In this document: positions 38,919 to 52,626 of the stretch, in pieces
Position numbering within the stretch: position 1 is the first letter of the stretch
How the letters are laid out: every line of letters starts with the position of its first letter
NCBI GenBank assembly: GCA_964187785.1
Contig: OZ076409.1
Location: 60,390,001 to 60,454,000, forward strand
Length of the DNA: 64,000 nucleotides
From: Amphiscolops sp. MND2022
Taxonomy: Eukaryota
Direction: 5' to 3'
Notes under the pieces: generated by a model
Database searches by the model: none
What the model was told of the DNA's origin: nothing
What the model saw: only the letters and a program-made list of their open reading frames with translations
Translations under genes and position numbers: made by a program

Positions 38919-39300
38919 TTAAGTAAATAGTGCGGAATAAATAAATCTATCCGAAACTTTACCGACCATTGCGGCTTGAAAATTTTTGCTAATTCGCAAA
39001 AATTTTCAAGCCGCAATGGTCGGTAAAGTTTCGGATAGCTTTATTCCGCGCTATTTACTTAAGTGCTAAACTTAACTAAAGTTGAAAATTATTTTCTGAC
39101 AAAAAGTTCGAGAATTAGCAAAAATTTTCAAGGCGCAATGGTCGGTAAACGTTTCGGATAGCTTTATTCCGCGCTATTTACTTAAGTGCTAAACTTAACT
39201 AAAGTTGAAAATTATTTTCTGACAAAAAGTTCGAGAATTAATTCTCGAACTTTTTGTCAGAAAATAATTTTCAACTTTTTGTTTTTTTTTAGTTAAGTGC
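38919..39300. repeat. Compound inverted/tandem repeat: hairpin + 122/123-bp tandem duplication + 78-bp perfect palindrome
   Basis: Arms 38947-38989 and 38996-39038 are perfectly complementary (43 bp, 6-nt loop). Direct units 38996-39117 and 39118-39240. Loop-less palindrome 39201-39278. Confidence 0.92.
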
Positions 39301-42300
39301 ATGGGAAAGTTGAAATACTGAAAATTGAGCTATAAGTTTCCATTAAAAAAATGGGCGATGATAAAAATAATATGAGAATAAAAGTTTATTATTCTATCTT
39401 TATTGACATTTATGCAACTTTTATTCATTTCTCTCCTTGGCTCTGAAGTTGTGGACGTTTTTTCTTGAAAGCGGCAAAATGGTTATTGATGTCAATTAAT
39501 AGAAATTATTACTTTGATTAAAAATTCTCTTTTCCTCGATTTCGCTCTTTCTATTGCACTGAAAGAAACGGCGAATATTTTTGGAAGTTGGAATTATTTT
39601 TGTTTATAACTGTTCACACCTTTCGCTTTCCTTTTAAGGAAACTACCGAATTGATAAATATTAAAGTTAGTCTTTGAAACTCCTTTTTTGGCGCTTTCTC
39701 TTTGTTTTCCAAACTTTTTGGAAGGCCGTGCCAAGTAAAAAGTCCGGCCACGTCTGGCTCGAGCTTGTATTTTGGCGCAAAAGTTGACTGGCTGGTTCAA
39801 AAGGCCGGGAGTCAGAAAATAAAAAATCTTAAATGCGTAAACATATCAGTTTCTTGATTCGTTTGAAATATCTCTTCAAATTTATCGATAATTGAAGAGG
39901 TTTTCGAGTGGCTTTGAATCGCATGGCTAAGGCGTGAAGAGGTTTTTTTGAGCTGAAACGCTTCGTTATTTTTTCAAATTTTCTTTTGTCTCACACTAGC
40001 GTATAAACAAACGATACGGATGCATAATTGAGAATACTGTAGATAGATAATGCAGCTTTTTTAGTGAAACAATAGAAGGCTGGATTCTACTGAAATGTGC
40101 GTTTCAGCCGCCGCCGCGGAGGAGGAAAGTCCAAAAACGAGGAATTTTTGAGTTGTGGAAAACTCAATCGGTACTGGCTGATGAGGTGTCGCTTTTAAGG
40201 AGGTGTTTCAAAACCAACCCCTTATCAAGGCCGCCTGCCCTTCAATAAATCCTTGAATTCTTTTTTTTCTGCAAAAGTGAAAAAAAGAAAAAAATTGCCA
40301 GGCACGAGTCATAATTTGAGTCTGTCTTTACGTTTTCTCGTTTCTATTGTTTTGGAAAATCAATTTAAAGAAAGTAAGAAAAGGGCTGATAAAATTCGAT
40401 TACTTTTTCCTAGGGAGGGAATAATTCCTCTAATTTCGTAATCTGACTAAACTTTCATGCAGTCAATTTTGTTGGATGGAGCGAAAGAGAGAATACATTT
40501 AATTGTGTTTGATTCGTTGTGGGAGATTACAGCTAAAAATTGGATAAAGGTGATCAGATTTAACTGCCAATCTTTTCCCCAATTACCCTTTCTTCCTCCT
40601 TTAATTTCCAACGCGGGAAATTTTCCTTGAAACGCGAAGGAATGAAGACATTCAGGATCTAATATTTCCTTCCTCCCGTCCTGAATTTCAGCGGGAAATT
40701 CGGAGCTAAATACGCAAAAAAGGAGGGAAAATGAGTAAAAAGGCGGGAATGTGATAATTATTTGTTCACGGGAAAAGAAAATGGAAAAAAATTGAGTGTT
40801 CAGTTTCTTGTGAATGAAAAGACAAGGGTATAGATAGAGGTGTTATGTAGCACGTTACGTAACCGGATATGTTAATCACACAGTGTACCACGTGATTAAA
40901 AAACGGGATGCCTGATGATTCATACATCATCTAATCTGACTTTTGCTTCCCGCCCGTCCGTGCGTCTTTCCTGCGTTCGCTTTTCCCTTCTAGATGACTT
41001 TCAATTCAAGTACCCTGCCCTCTCAGTCACATTTTTGTCAATTAATCCCCTTTCCCCTATTTTGAATTCCAGTACCTCCAAAAGTGCAAATGACGAGTTT
41101 TCCTTCACTTTTTCCTGCTTTTTTCCTGTTAAATCCTGTCAGATCCTTACTAGTCAAGTTAAGTCGATCCAATTTTACTTCTCTAGAACTAATAATGTTG
41201 ACTTGAAAATCAATTTTTGTTAATCACTTCTAGAGACCCAAAAAGGAAGTTTACAAAATTTTATAAAAACAAATTAAAATGTTACTATCTTGTAATGGAA
41301 ATTAATGCTCCATGAATTACTGCTCTAGTAAATAAATTTACGATCGTCAAATTAACCGTTTTTATCACTGCTCGTTAAAATCATTCATGAGGGTAAAAAA
41401 AGCTCAAGAGGTTTTCTTTTTTCAAGTCATCGGTAGCTAAAGTTTTGAAGAACTCCCAACTATAAAAACGACCGAGATAACAGCATTTCCCTGGTTGGGT
41501 TATTATATACCAAAGTAGAGCCACATACCAGAGTATTTTGTTCCGTATAACCGTATATACAAGTGCGTTCTAAATATTTACAATCTTTACAGTATACGTT
41601 TATTCCTTTGTGCGAATATTTCAAAGAAAACTGAAGTTTATCCGTATCGGTAGTTACTGTTTTGTTAGCGGTCGCTCTTTCTATCCGAATGTTTGCCCGG
41701 TTATCCTTCAAAGTTGGATTAAGATGTTTCATCATTGATTGAGGCCCTGGCGCTAGGATGTACAATTCTTCACTTTATAGCGCCCTATCTCGTAAAATAC
41801 AAATTTCTCACAGAATCCTGGGTTTACAAGTTTACATGTAAATATTGGAAGGGTTTTAGATAACGGATTATATAGATGTACTAAAACTTCAAAGTTCCGT
41901 AGGGTCTGTGCCAATGAAATTTTGGGCGATGAAATCTCAAAAGAACCGAATAAATATTAGAAATTCAAGCTAGAAATTGAATCATTTCTTGTTTCGAGTT
42001 TTTACATCGGGAAACGCTGTAGCCTCAAAACATATGCCTGGAAGTAGTAACATTTCGAGTATAATTACGCAGTGGAACGTTGATATGTTTGGAAATCCAA
42101 GTTTATTGGCCAAAACTTCATTTTTTCAGGGTTATCAGTACTTAAGACTACACCCACGTACATGCAAATTACATTCAAAACCATTAATGCAAAATAGTTT
42201 TGGATAATCTGCGCTTTCTTCGCAAGAATTGAATGAATGAAGCGAACCATTGGTTCGAATCAGCCAAAATAAGGTCAGAGATATAAATCAAAATTATTAG

Positions 42301-45300
42301 TGTATTTTGTTATTATCATTTCTTATCAAAAAATGCAAGGAATATTAGACATTCGACGTATGACGTGAAAACAAGTATCTCTTTGTTTGCTAATCCAGGT
42401 TCAATCTTTTTGACCTGAGAGAGCCAACGAGCCAGCATTTATTCAATCAATCACGCGTTTTCATCATCCGGATAACTGGCAATTCAATACTGGAATATCT
42501 AAATTCCTCCAGATGTTTGGATTTTTTCTTTTCGGTCACGAAATTTTAGCCTGGCGTTATGAAATGAAGAAATGAAAGCCAGTGACTTTCCGGTCCTGAC
42601 ATTACTGGTAAATAACTAATAATGGTTAAGAGCTTTTCTCCTCTATGCGTCACAAAGAAAGAGATGAAAAGATATAAGTGACTAAATTTTTGCTCCCTTT
42701 TTTTATCAAAAAAGTCGAATTCCGCAAAATTTGTTTGAGAGTAAACAATCGAGATATATGCGCGCATTTGTGTCTTAATCTGTTACTTATTTGCCAATGC
42801 ACATTCTGTTTGTTTTCCTAATTTGAGTGAAAACTGATTTTGACAAAAAAAGAATAAGAAGTACCGAAAGATATGCATCGTTGATTTTGAAGTGAGAAAA
42901 TAGGACCAATGTTTTTTCAAAGCCATTTATTAAAAATTTTATTCCACTTGCAGAAATGAAAGGAAAGTGGCAGCTTCTCAGATTTTTTTAGGTTCTCGGT
43001 TTTTCATCGTACTTTCTCGGAAATTTTTTTTGTTTCGGTTTTCCATTTACCGTCGCATTTTTTAAGGTTTATTGAGTCAGAAACTTGTAAAATCTTTACA
43101 ACAGTTTATGAAATTCTTTATTTTATAAATTATAGCTCTATTGACATGAAATTAATCGTTTTTAAAGAGATATTACCATCGTTAACCTGACCTTTCAGTA
43201 GATATTTAAAAAAAACCAAATTAAGCCAATTATCGTATTAGTGCTATGAGTGGTTTTTAATCGCTTTACTTTCTTTTGAAAGATTTGTTATGAGCACTTC
43301 TTACACGTTCGGGTCCCAGTGATTCTTATGACCACACAATAATCGTAAAACTTGAGATAAGTTTTCGGTTGGCTACTGCAGTCTAGAACTACGATTACTC
43401 AATTATATCATAATCTATTAATACACCACGCTTTTATCTTTACGGACCATTTCACTAAATCCGTTCAAGCGAATCCTGTTTTTGAAATCATCACAACGAA
43501 CGCTTTCACCTGAAAAATTTGAAGGCCTTCATTTTTTTCTTCTTAATTGCTCCAAAACTACTCCAAACAATTACGCAAAAATATACTTTTATATAGTCAA
43601 AACGTGAAAATGACGAAATTTGAATTACATTTCCTTTTGGCTCTACAATTCGTTGATGGTACTGTTTAACCACAGACAGTAGACGCGCTAAGGGGTGGGG
43701 CTAATTTTGGAGACATTCGTGAATAGTTAATGGTATGTTAATTAGCGTAAGCGTTCTCTGTTTAGTAAAGTACGCAAACATTGGATTGAAGTCTCAGTCA
43801 AGAAGTTAGTAAGTGTAAAACTGTTCATGATCTTTGAAGTTGGCTTTACTAACTTTTATAAAGCTGGTTATAACTCGATTAAACCAGAAAGTTTCTGTCA
43901 AGTGGGACTTGTGTCAGTGGTTATGTTGAGATTTTCTTTGATAAGCGTCGGTGCTGGAATTGACGATTGTCCGAAAAGTGCTATTCGCGGCTCTTTTGAA
44001 ACTCAAAACCAGAGAAATCATTCTCTCTGGAACGGCTTTGCTGAAATCCCAAACGAACTCTCTTAATTTCTGCACTTTCTTTTGATTCGATGACGTAAGT
44101 TAGTCCTACGGTTTGCAAGTTCAGTCAGGCTTTGTTTTCACACTTCTGTTCATGAGGTGAGAATCACACCAGCCAACTGTGGTAAACATTGGTAAACAAA
44201 AATCTGATTGTGGTGGTTTTGTGAATCATCATGTCATTTGTTAAAAATTTTGGACCTCGTTTGCGTCTTAAACTTGCTTTAAAACATGCCTTAAACTGGA
44301 TACTGGCACCAAAACTCGTATGCATTGGTTAATGGTATGCATTCGTTAATTTAAACTTTTCATATGGTTGGCTTTTGGGGTTCTTTTTTAGAAAGAGTCG
44401 CGGAGTTCCTGTCTCAATAATCGAGTTATCTCTCTTTGAAGACTGACTTTTTCCAAGGACTCTTCTGCATTTCAAGTCTAATACTACCCTTCGGTCAGAA
44501 AAAGCCAAGTCTTATGATCGATCCATCAACCTTCGACTTATGGCACAGGGTGCTCTTATTTTGGTGACCAATGACAGTTAACTTTTTTCCTCAAGACTTC
44601 CAAATCTGAATAAACTTTTCGAAATTCGAGCAAGTTGGGCTCGAACTAAATATATCGAGCAATATGCTATTTCCCAAGACTCGTAAACCAATGTATGCGT
44701 TTTATAGTTTGCTTTTCTCGAAACAATAGTCAAGCTTGAGAAGAAGAATTCTTTAGACGTAATTCAGCAGTAGTTCAGTTTTGAGCAATTCTGATACCAT
44801 GCTTAAATTGGTAAACAGACAAGTCTTAATGCGTTTGTTTGTCAATCCATTAATCAATTTCGGCCCTAATGCAGCTAGTACACGGTTCGATCACCTTAAA
44901 TGCATGCCAAAGCGGTTTTGTCTGGTTGAGAAGTCTTATAATAGCGTATTCTTTATTGAAAGTGGCATTATAATCGGGGCTTATCAGTACTCAACAAAAT
45001 TGCGGTTGATCGATTGATTTTAATCAATTATAGCTGCCTGTAGCTCAAACAAAAGTACCACTCAAACCACGTTCAAGAGTGTTGCTATTACCCATGCAGG
45101 TCCTCATGAGATTCTAAGAACTCTTTTGTTTAGGTCCAATTTAACAAATTGAAAAGTCTCGCTGAGAAAACAAACACTTGACGCCTTTAGAAGGTTTGAG
45201 GGTCTTTGAAATGTTTGGAGAACATTTACTACTAATTACTACCAAGTGCACTTGGAGTGAAACGTTGGTTGTTTTGTAGAGGATTGCTGTTTTAGAATCA

Positions 45301-48300
45301 CAGGGCAAAAAGTTCGAGCATTTAGGTTTATTTAATGTACTGTATATGTATATGATGTATTAATGATGTATTAATGATGTATTTAATGTATATGAAGTGA
45401 TATAATGATATAAAAGATGTGAAAAAATAATTAGAATTGAGTTGTTTTAAGAAATTTAGGGAATAGTAGACTCCACATTATTTGGTGTTTTAACAATTGC
45501 GTTCATGAATTTTCACCCCATCGACAAAAACACCCATCCGGTAATTTCAACCGGAACGCTGCTTAAGATTGAAATTTATTAAAAGTTACCAATTTTTTTT
45601 ATCTCACCGATGAATGCCTTCAAAAGAAACGTTCAGTCGACGAAATTGCTTCGATTATTAAATGATGATAGCTAGAAGTTTGTGAAAAGGAAACAGATGA
45701 CATTGATAATTTCTAGTTTTTCAATTGCTTTCAAGTGTTTTGAGTTCTGAAAGAAGAATCGAACTAGAAACGAGGTCCACGTGTGAATTTCCAAAAAAGT
45801 CCACATATGCTGTTTCATTCATTCATTTCAGCCAAATTTACAATCACAAAATAGTTTAATTTCTTTCAGCATGCTCCAAATATGGTCTCAAGGTTGTGAA
45901 AACTTCTGAAATTGCGCATTCTATATTGCTGTTTCTAAAGTCTCTGCTATTTTTGTGAAGTTTTAAAAACATGGAAAAAATATTTCTACTCGTCATTTTC
46001 CCAGATTTTTCTATTGGACTTATGTGAGGTAATTTTGGGTGCTGGTCAATCAAAGAGGCTCTTTTTAATGTGAATTTTTAAACAAGAAACAATGGTCTGC
46101 GATTAATCATCGGCCTGATTAATTTGTAAATATTACGGTTCGCTGTGTAAAAAGAGTTCAATAGACAGATATTTTGATTCATGCTTCATACGAAATTGTG
46201 CACTACAAAAGTGACGCGCAATCAGAACCGAAGTAATTACAAAAAGTTCTTTTGTTTGCTCATTTTTTCAAGAAAAGCGACTGACTTTGAATCGCGATAA
46301 GATAGACGAAGTGCAAAGAATTTATCCGGAAGCCAAAATCTTCTCTGGAAACTTTTGATGTATCTATAATGTTAGTCCAAGCGCTGAAAATTATCTTGAA
46401 TTTTATCCACAGGTGCTTAAAAGGTCCTACTAAATACACCCTTTTACTACCCCCCTTCATTCTAAAAAGACAAACGAAAACTGACGTAAGCACAAATGTT
46501 GCTCTTTATCTGTAATGCAATTTTCCTGGAAAACCCGAGGCATGTATTGTTGAGCAACGAATTAATTTGCTAACATTATCGCCGTGAGGAATGGAAATAA
46601 TTGTTATACCTGGAAACAGCTTCTGAAAAATAGAGCGAAACATTAGGGTAATTTGACTAAATTCAAATATATAGAGCTAGTTTCTTTACTAAAAAAATTA
46701 AAAAGCCCTGAATGTAGAAGCTCCGCGATTCAATTATTTCGCTTCTAGCAGCTTCAAGTTTCGAAATCTAGACGAAATTACCCCTCAAACATATACCTTG
46801 CAGCGTGTTGCAGTTTTACAGACTGGCGTGAAAACTTTAGTCAGACGTGAATTTGAGTCATTGTTTGCGAAATGGGTTTTTGGAGCCTGTTGCCGGGAAG
46901 TTTTTGTATTTTTGTGTCCCTGCCAAAAGCACCCAGATTAGACGGGGTTGCATGATAACCCAAGGGGCTCCTTGGTGACTGGTTTTGGACGTGGTAATAA
47001 ATTGGTGGCAACCATTTGGATTTCTGGGCTGGTGAGTTTGAACGTGGTTTACAGCTGTTTGGGAATCGTGCTTCTGAAAGTGACTAAATCCTGGGTGCAA
47101 TTGGATAAGAGTTTAATTAGTGTGAAGTTTATTTGAAATGGAGGCGAATACAATGTACGTGTGCTGAAAGGGTTTAGCCTCTGACGAGACGAGGTTTAAG
47201 GGGTATTTCAAAGAGGAGCAGGTTTTAGTTTTATTTATCAATAGTTGTCTTGTTTTTTATTGTATTTCTACCCTTAATATCTAAACACTTATCCGTAAAT
47301 TCACTTTTAGTCTTGCGCTTGTTTGCCATATGAGATTTTTAATCCTCAAAATAGATCAGAGTTGAAATCCAAATTTTATCACGCAGCTTAACTTTATCGT
47401 TTTGCAATGGAAATATTATCCTTTCCATGTCAAATTACTCAAACTCTGATTTTATCTTCCCTTGAGTGCAAAACCCGCCATATTTCTAAACATCCGAGAA
47501 ACTAACCCGAAAAGCAGTTTTGGTAGTTCTGGCGTAAAGCACCATGAATGTCGATGGCACCACCTAACCTAGGAAACTTTTGAACCTAGCCGGGTATGAA
47601 AAACTTTGTCAGTGGAAAATTCCAAGGGTTAATGAAATATTTTAAAATGAAAATTGTCTCGGGGCAAAAATAGTTGAGCTTCAATCTCCGTAAACCCGGC
47701 CCACGTAAAGTTGTTTTCTCAGTCAGGTTCGAAACTGCGCCCTTTAAATTAAAATAAACAGTGCCTTTGGGATATTTTCAGAAAACGTTTTCAAATTGTT
47801 ATCAAAAGTTTCGTGTTGTAATTTTATAAATCCATAAAATTTCTATCGATCTCTTATTAAACTATTCTCAGGGACACAGTAAACAGCCTTGTATATTTGG
47901 GGAATCAAAATCAAAAGCAGGGTAAGTATTTGACGATGATCAGAAGAGAAACAAAGAAATTCTTGGGTTTTCAAGCCACTGATTAATTTTCAATATTCTG
48001 TAATCCGACTATTTTTTTCTCCGAATAAGGTTGAAAACATTGGGGTTTCAATGATCACTCCGCAGCACGATTTTTGAAAAACTACTGACACTAATTCGGC
48101 CACACCTGGATCCGAACCCGCGCCACCGGAAATTGACTCCGTCAATCTGTCCAAATGCGCTGGAGGCGCACATGTGTCAGCATTAGCAGCAGCCGCATTT
48201 GCTGAGGGCATAGGGCTGTCGAGTGACCGGGCGACGGCGGATATTGGAGGGAAAGCGAAAATACCTGGAGACAATTTCCTCTCTTTTGATAGAAAGGTGA

Positions 48301-50262
48301 CTGGGCGGAAATGTCTGAATACATTGGATAAGAGAACGATGTTTACTCTCCTGCAGATCAATAAAAGCTGTCATTCCCTCGTTCTCAAGGTCGTTCCCTG
48401 TCTTGCTCTAATGCAGCTCTTCAATTCACTTTAAAATTTCTCTAAAGTTGATCGATCCCGTTCATTCCATTTGTCTCTGTGTCAATCGTTTCCTCCTTTT
48501 TTGCGTTTCCCATTTTCTCTCTCTCATTTTTAAACCTCATTTTTGTTTCTTTTTACAAAATTGCCATCGAAAATTTAATGGCTTTTCATAATTTGATGCA
48601 CTTCGCGTTATTGAAATACCATTTCGTACCTTTTGAGGGTTTCGCTGAAAGTTTTAGGAACTATTGAAACTGACATTCTAGGTAATTCATTTGGAAAGCT
48701 GTTAATGCGTTTGGCTATTGTTGACAGATAACGTGTTTTCTAAAAGGAGGCGTGAATTTTAACTGACGTTGTTCAATTAGCAGAGGAAAAATAGGTTTTA
48801 GATTTTTTTCATTAAATTAGATGCCTTGTCCCATTTGAAGTCATTTACAATCCTGCTTTTTAGAACACCATTTCTTAAAATGGCTTTTAGGACACCATTG
48901 AAACTGGATCAAGTTTCTAAAAAATAAATTTTTAAAATTGATCATGAAATTTTTTTGAAGTTTTCATGCTTCTGCATTTCCCCTAATGTTTCCTACCTTT
49001 TTAAAAAGCAAATTTAGATGTAACATGGGGGTGCGGCGAAAGTCATCCTAGCAATGAAGTACGGAACAAATTAAATGAGACAGGGGGTTCCTGTGGATTC
49101 AGGAAATTTGATCTTACACGGGGTGATTTTGTCTGTATTACGCAATGTACTTTTAGTCAATCACTCCTGTTGAGAGTGGGATTAGAAACAGAATAAGGAG
49201 ACAACGGGAATCAATGGAATTAGGGGAGACAAAAGGAATACGCAGACAACGAAAAACCGCGGGAAATTTCTATCCCTATCGGATCGACCGAATGGGCGGG
49301 AATATTTCTTGGAATAAAATTTTTGTGTTATAAAGGTGGAAGTTAGCCTTTAAATCATTTCAACAACTCTCAATTCATTATTTGACCGATTATTCGAATT
49401 TTTGCCGCTTTTGTTTGTAATTACTTCTTTGAGGATGTTTGAAAATGAACAATATTTCGTAAAATGCAACATTTTTCCCTCAGAGCGCACGGAATTTGAT
49501 ACTTAGGAACTAAACGGAACCATTTATCAATCTGCTAAGGTAGTTAGTATAATAGCTATTATTCAATATGTGGGTTATGTACATGTACATGATTAACTTT
49601 TATTAGTACACATAACTGTCTTGAGTTGAGTAGTTCTTAGTTGGTGTGTTAAGGTAGCTTAGTGGTCACTTGGTAAGCTGAGTTGGTAAGTTATAAGGTA
49701 GTTACAACTACTTATAGCTATAAGTTAGTCAGCGGACAGAAACAGTGATCTGAAGGTAGATACAAGTTTGCATGGAAAATTCAATTAACAACACACTCAA
49801 TAAGCCGGCTGAGCGGCCCGGCCTTTTGCCAGCTGAATCCCCGATCCTATTACCCCCGCTGGTTAATTTGGTATCAATTATTTCGGCCTCGAACTCATAA
49901 CCCCTTGCCTGTGCTTAAACTCAAACCTGCAATCGGATATTGCCAAATTGACGTTCCGTTGAAAGTACCACTTCATTTTGACAGGCAATTTATTAATTCA
50001 ACCCTTAGTCTACTGAAGGAAAACCACCCAAATTCAAATATCCCACTTTTTCTGCTTGCTGAGCCCCGAAACCGCAAATAATCACCCTCTTTGTCAACTA
50101 TTTATTGATTTTGACGATCTGCGTAACAGTTATGACCCAAGTGACGGTTTGGCGTCGACTAGTGACTGGTTTCCGGTTTCCAAAATTTAAACTTCCGCTT
50201 TTGGTACAAACTCATACTTCTTGTAAGTGTAAATTGTTGAATTGTTTTCGTTTTTGTTCCAG

Positions 50263-50417
50263 GTGAAGACATTAACAAGAAGTTCAAAATAGTCAATCAC
50301 AACAATGAAGCAACACTGACGCTGGTGTCCAAAGTGGATCACGAAGAAAAGGATTCGTATACATTCTTCATTGTTGCCGAAGATCACGGATCTCCACCCA
50401 AAAGCAGCGAATGCAAG
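50263..50417 (+). CDS. Cadherin gene exon (phase 1/0)
   Basis: TTTTTGTTCCAG acceptor, GTACTT donor. Translates EDINKKFKI...KVDHEEKDSYTFFIVAEDHGSPPKSSECK (DxE and AxDxGxP motifs). Not in the ORF track. Confidence 0.92.
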
Positions 50418-50924
50418 GTACTTTTTACTATCACTCTGAAAAGACCTCAAAAATCATCACAAGTCTCCATTAAAGTTTTATCAACCCAGTTGTAACCCTG
50501 CTTTATAATTTTAATCCCTTTAAAAAATCTTGAGCGTCGATGAATTCATCATCTTCGTCCAAGACATGTAATTCGCCATAATCATTATTGATGGGAATTT
50601 TCTGATAATTGGTAATTAATCTATTTTACATTATTCTATATATTACATCATCAGAAATTACAATTAGCGCAAAAATGATTTTTCAAAGCCTCAGTGAATG
50701 GGAAATGTTTCTAAATTCTGAAGTGTTCAAAATTCTTCAAAATTCTTACACTTTTTTCGAACATGAAAACAATTTACTTTTAAGACTATTCCCTCGCTCC
50801 TGGTTCTAAGTAACATCTGTATCATCTGTATCTAATCAAGGTGATCTACTGAAAAATAACCCATCGGCCGATTAATCGCATTCAATTCTAATTGCGACTC
50901 TAATTGTAAACTTGTTCACTTCAG

Positions 50925-51199
50925 GTAACCGTGAAAGTCTTCGACTATAACGACAATGCGCCCATTCTGAGCACGTCTAATCCTACAATTGGAAACGTCT
51001 TTGAGGTGTATGAAGAAACGACCATACTGTCAATTGCCATCCGGATCATAGCCGAAGATCCAGACAAAACCAGTTCTTCTAGCCAGACCTCTGGAACCTC
51101 GGAACCAGATGGTGACGTCAGATTTGCAATTGAGAGCTGTTCTTGTGGAAATGATTCTTTCATTATTGACGAAATTACTGGCGACTTGAGTTTATACCA
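50925..51199 (+). CDS. Cadherin gene exon (phase 0/2)
   Basis: CTTCAG acceptor, GTAAGT donor. Translates VTVKVFDYNDNAP...VYEE...AEDPD...FIIDEITGDLSL. Confidence 0.94.
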
Positions 51200-52130
51200 G
51201 TAAGTTTATTGATCAAACCTGCCAAAACCCTAAGTGGTTCTTATTTGCAAATTTTGAAATTAGAAGCAGACAACTTTTTGCACCGTTCCGTTTGCTTGTA
51301 TTAACATGACTATCTACTCTGGTCTCGTTTTTGGTTGATTTCTCATATCTAATCAGATGTGAATAATTGAGATGCATTGCTAAATCACGTGGTACACCTT
51401 ATTAATCGATCAATCATAAAAACTCAGAATGCACAAAAGTGAGGTCTGAATTGTGAAGAAAGAAGTTAACAAGTGTAAATACATTTACAGAAGGTCTTAT
51501 ACAAGAATCTATGTGTTCATATACCACAAGATAGCATGTCTTGATAAAATTGGCGACCGCTGTAAACTTGGTTCGCAAATGTTTGTCGATAATTCCGTGG
51601 AAACATAAATGCGCAATTTTTGGGTCTGTGCCACGGACGTTCATGAGACTATGACGACCTGTTTACAATTGCAGAGCGCCACCAAAATTTAAAACCAAAC
51701 GCCACTTTACCTCTAATTGAGTCTATGACATAACTTGTCCTTTATATTTTCAATTACTTTTTCCCGCTGAATTTGTTGAAACGTTTGAGCACGTTGGTGC
51801 GTAGTCCGTGTTTTGTGTTTTGTAGTCTTACGTTCATCGAATTTGGTTCCTAGGTTGGTGCACTGGCGCTTTTGATTGAGCCAGAGACGTTTGAACGTCC
51901 AGAGAAATTTAGAAAATACTATTTCTGGCCAGCTCTGGATGTCTGCGAATGTTGCCAAAACAATTTCGTATTGCTCGCACACAACAAATTGAATCAGACA
52001 AATTAAGTCACTGGAAAAGAAAAATAGAATTCCTACAATTATTATCATTCACGTATCTTCAAAATACACTCAAAATACCTGCTGTAAAATGTAGTAGGCG
52101 GTTATACGTTCAAAGTTTTAGGGAACCGCG

Positions 52131-52626
52131 TTTTTTAGTCTGCGCTTTTATTAATAAAAGAGCCCGACTGTTAGTCACTCGTTTTTTTCTTTAAGACAGA
52201 CTCGAACTGAAATTTTTGTTCAGTTTGTTCAACTAAACGAATATGGGAAACGCATCTAAGTTATTGCAAAGAGTCCCCCTTTTCAAATTCTACTTTTAAA
52301 ACGTAACATAATAAACGTAACATACAAAGCCGGACGAAACTAAAGGGTCCCCCATTTCATTTTTTTTGGCGCTGTGAGACTTCGAATTTTTTTGTCTCCA
52401 AAGGGTCTTCCCTTCAATTTCATTGAAGTCCCGTCTCGTAATATCCGGAGTAAAGCGCTATATCCGAACTTTTGACGTTATATCCGAACTATAGTGCGTT
52501 TTAGTAAGGAGGAGGCGGAGGTTCGAAAACAGGAGTTTTTCATGGAAACGTCCTACTCATATTTTTAAAACTGTTTTTTTTTTAGCCTTAGATATAGCGC
52601 CAACTTGAGACGTTCCCGTCTTGTTT
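52131..52626 (+). mobile_element. Helentron-associated (HINE-like) element in a cadherin intron
   Basis: TTTTTTAGTCTGCGC...GCCCGACT 5' module and ATAGCGCCAACTT GAGACGTTCCCGTCTTGTTT 3' module, as in 14448-15036. Confidence 0.72.

Noticed and set aside
17541..39240. Both hairpin-associated tandem duplications have a 122-bp period
   Set aside because: The two units share no sequence, and two cases are insufficient to claim a common mechanism.
41460..41765. 101-aa minus-strand ORF with CxxC
   Set aside because: No motif beyond one CxxC, no splice support, and a length expected by chance.
50259..50930. AG|GT junctions at two cadherin acceptors (CCAG|GTGAAG, TCAG|GTAACC) resembling recursive splice sites
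   Set aside because: Both GT dinucleotides are coding bases needed for the cadherin frame, and exons starting with GT are common.
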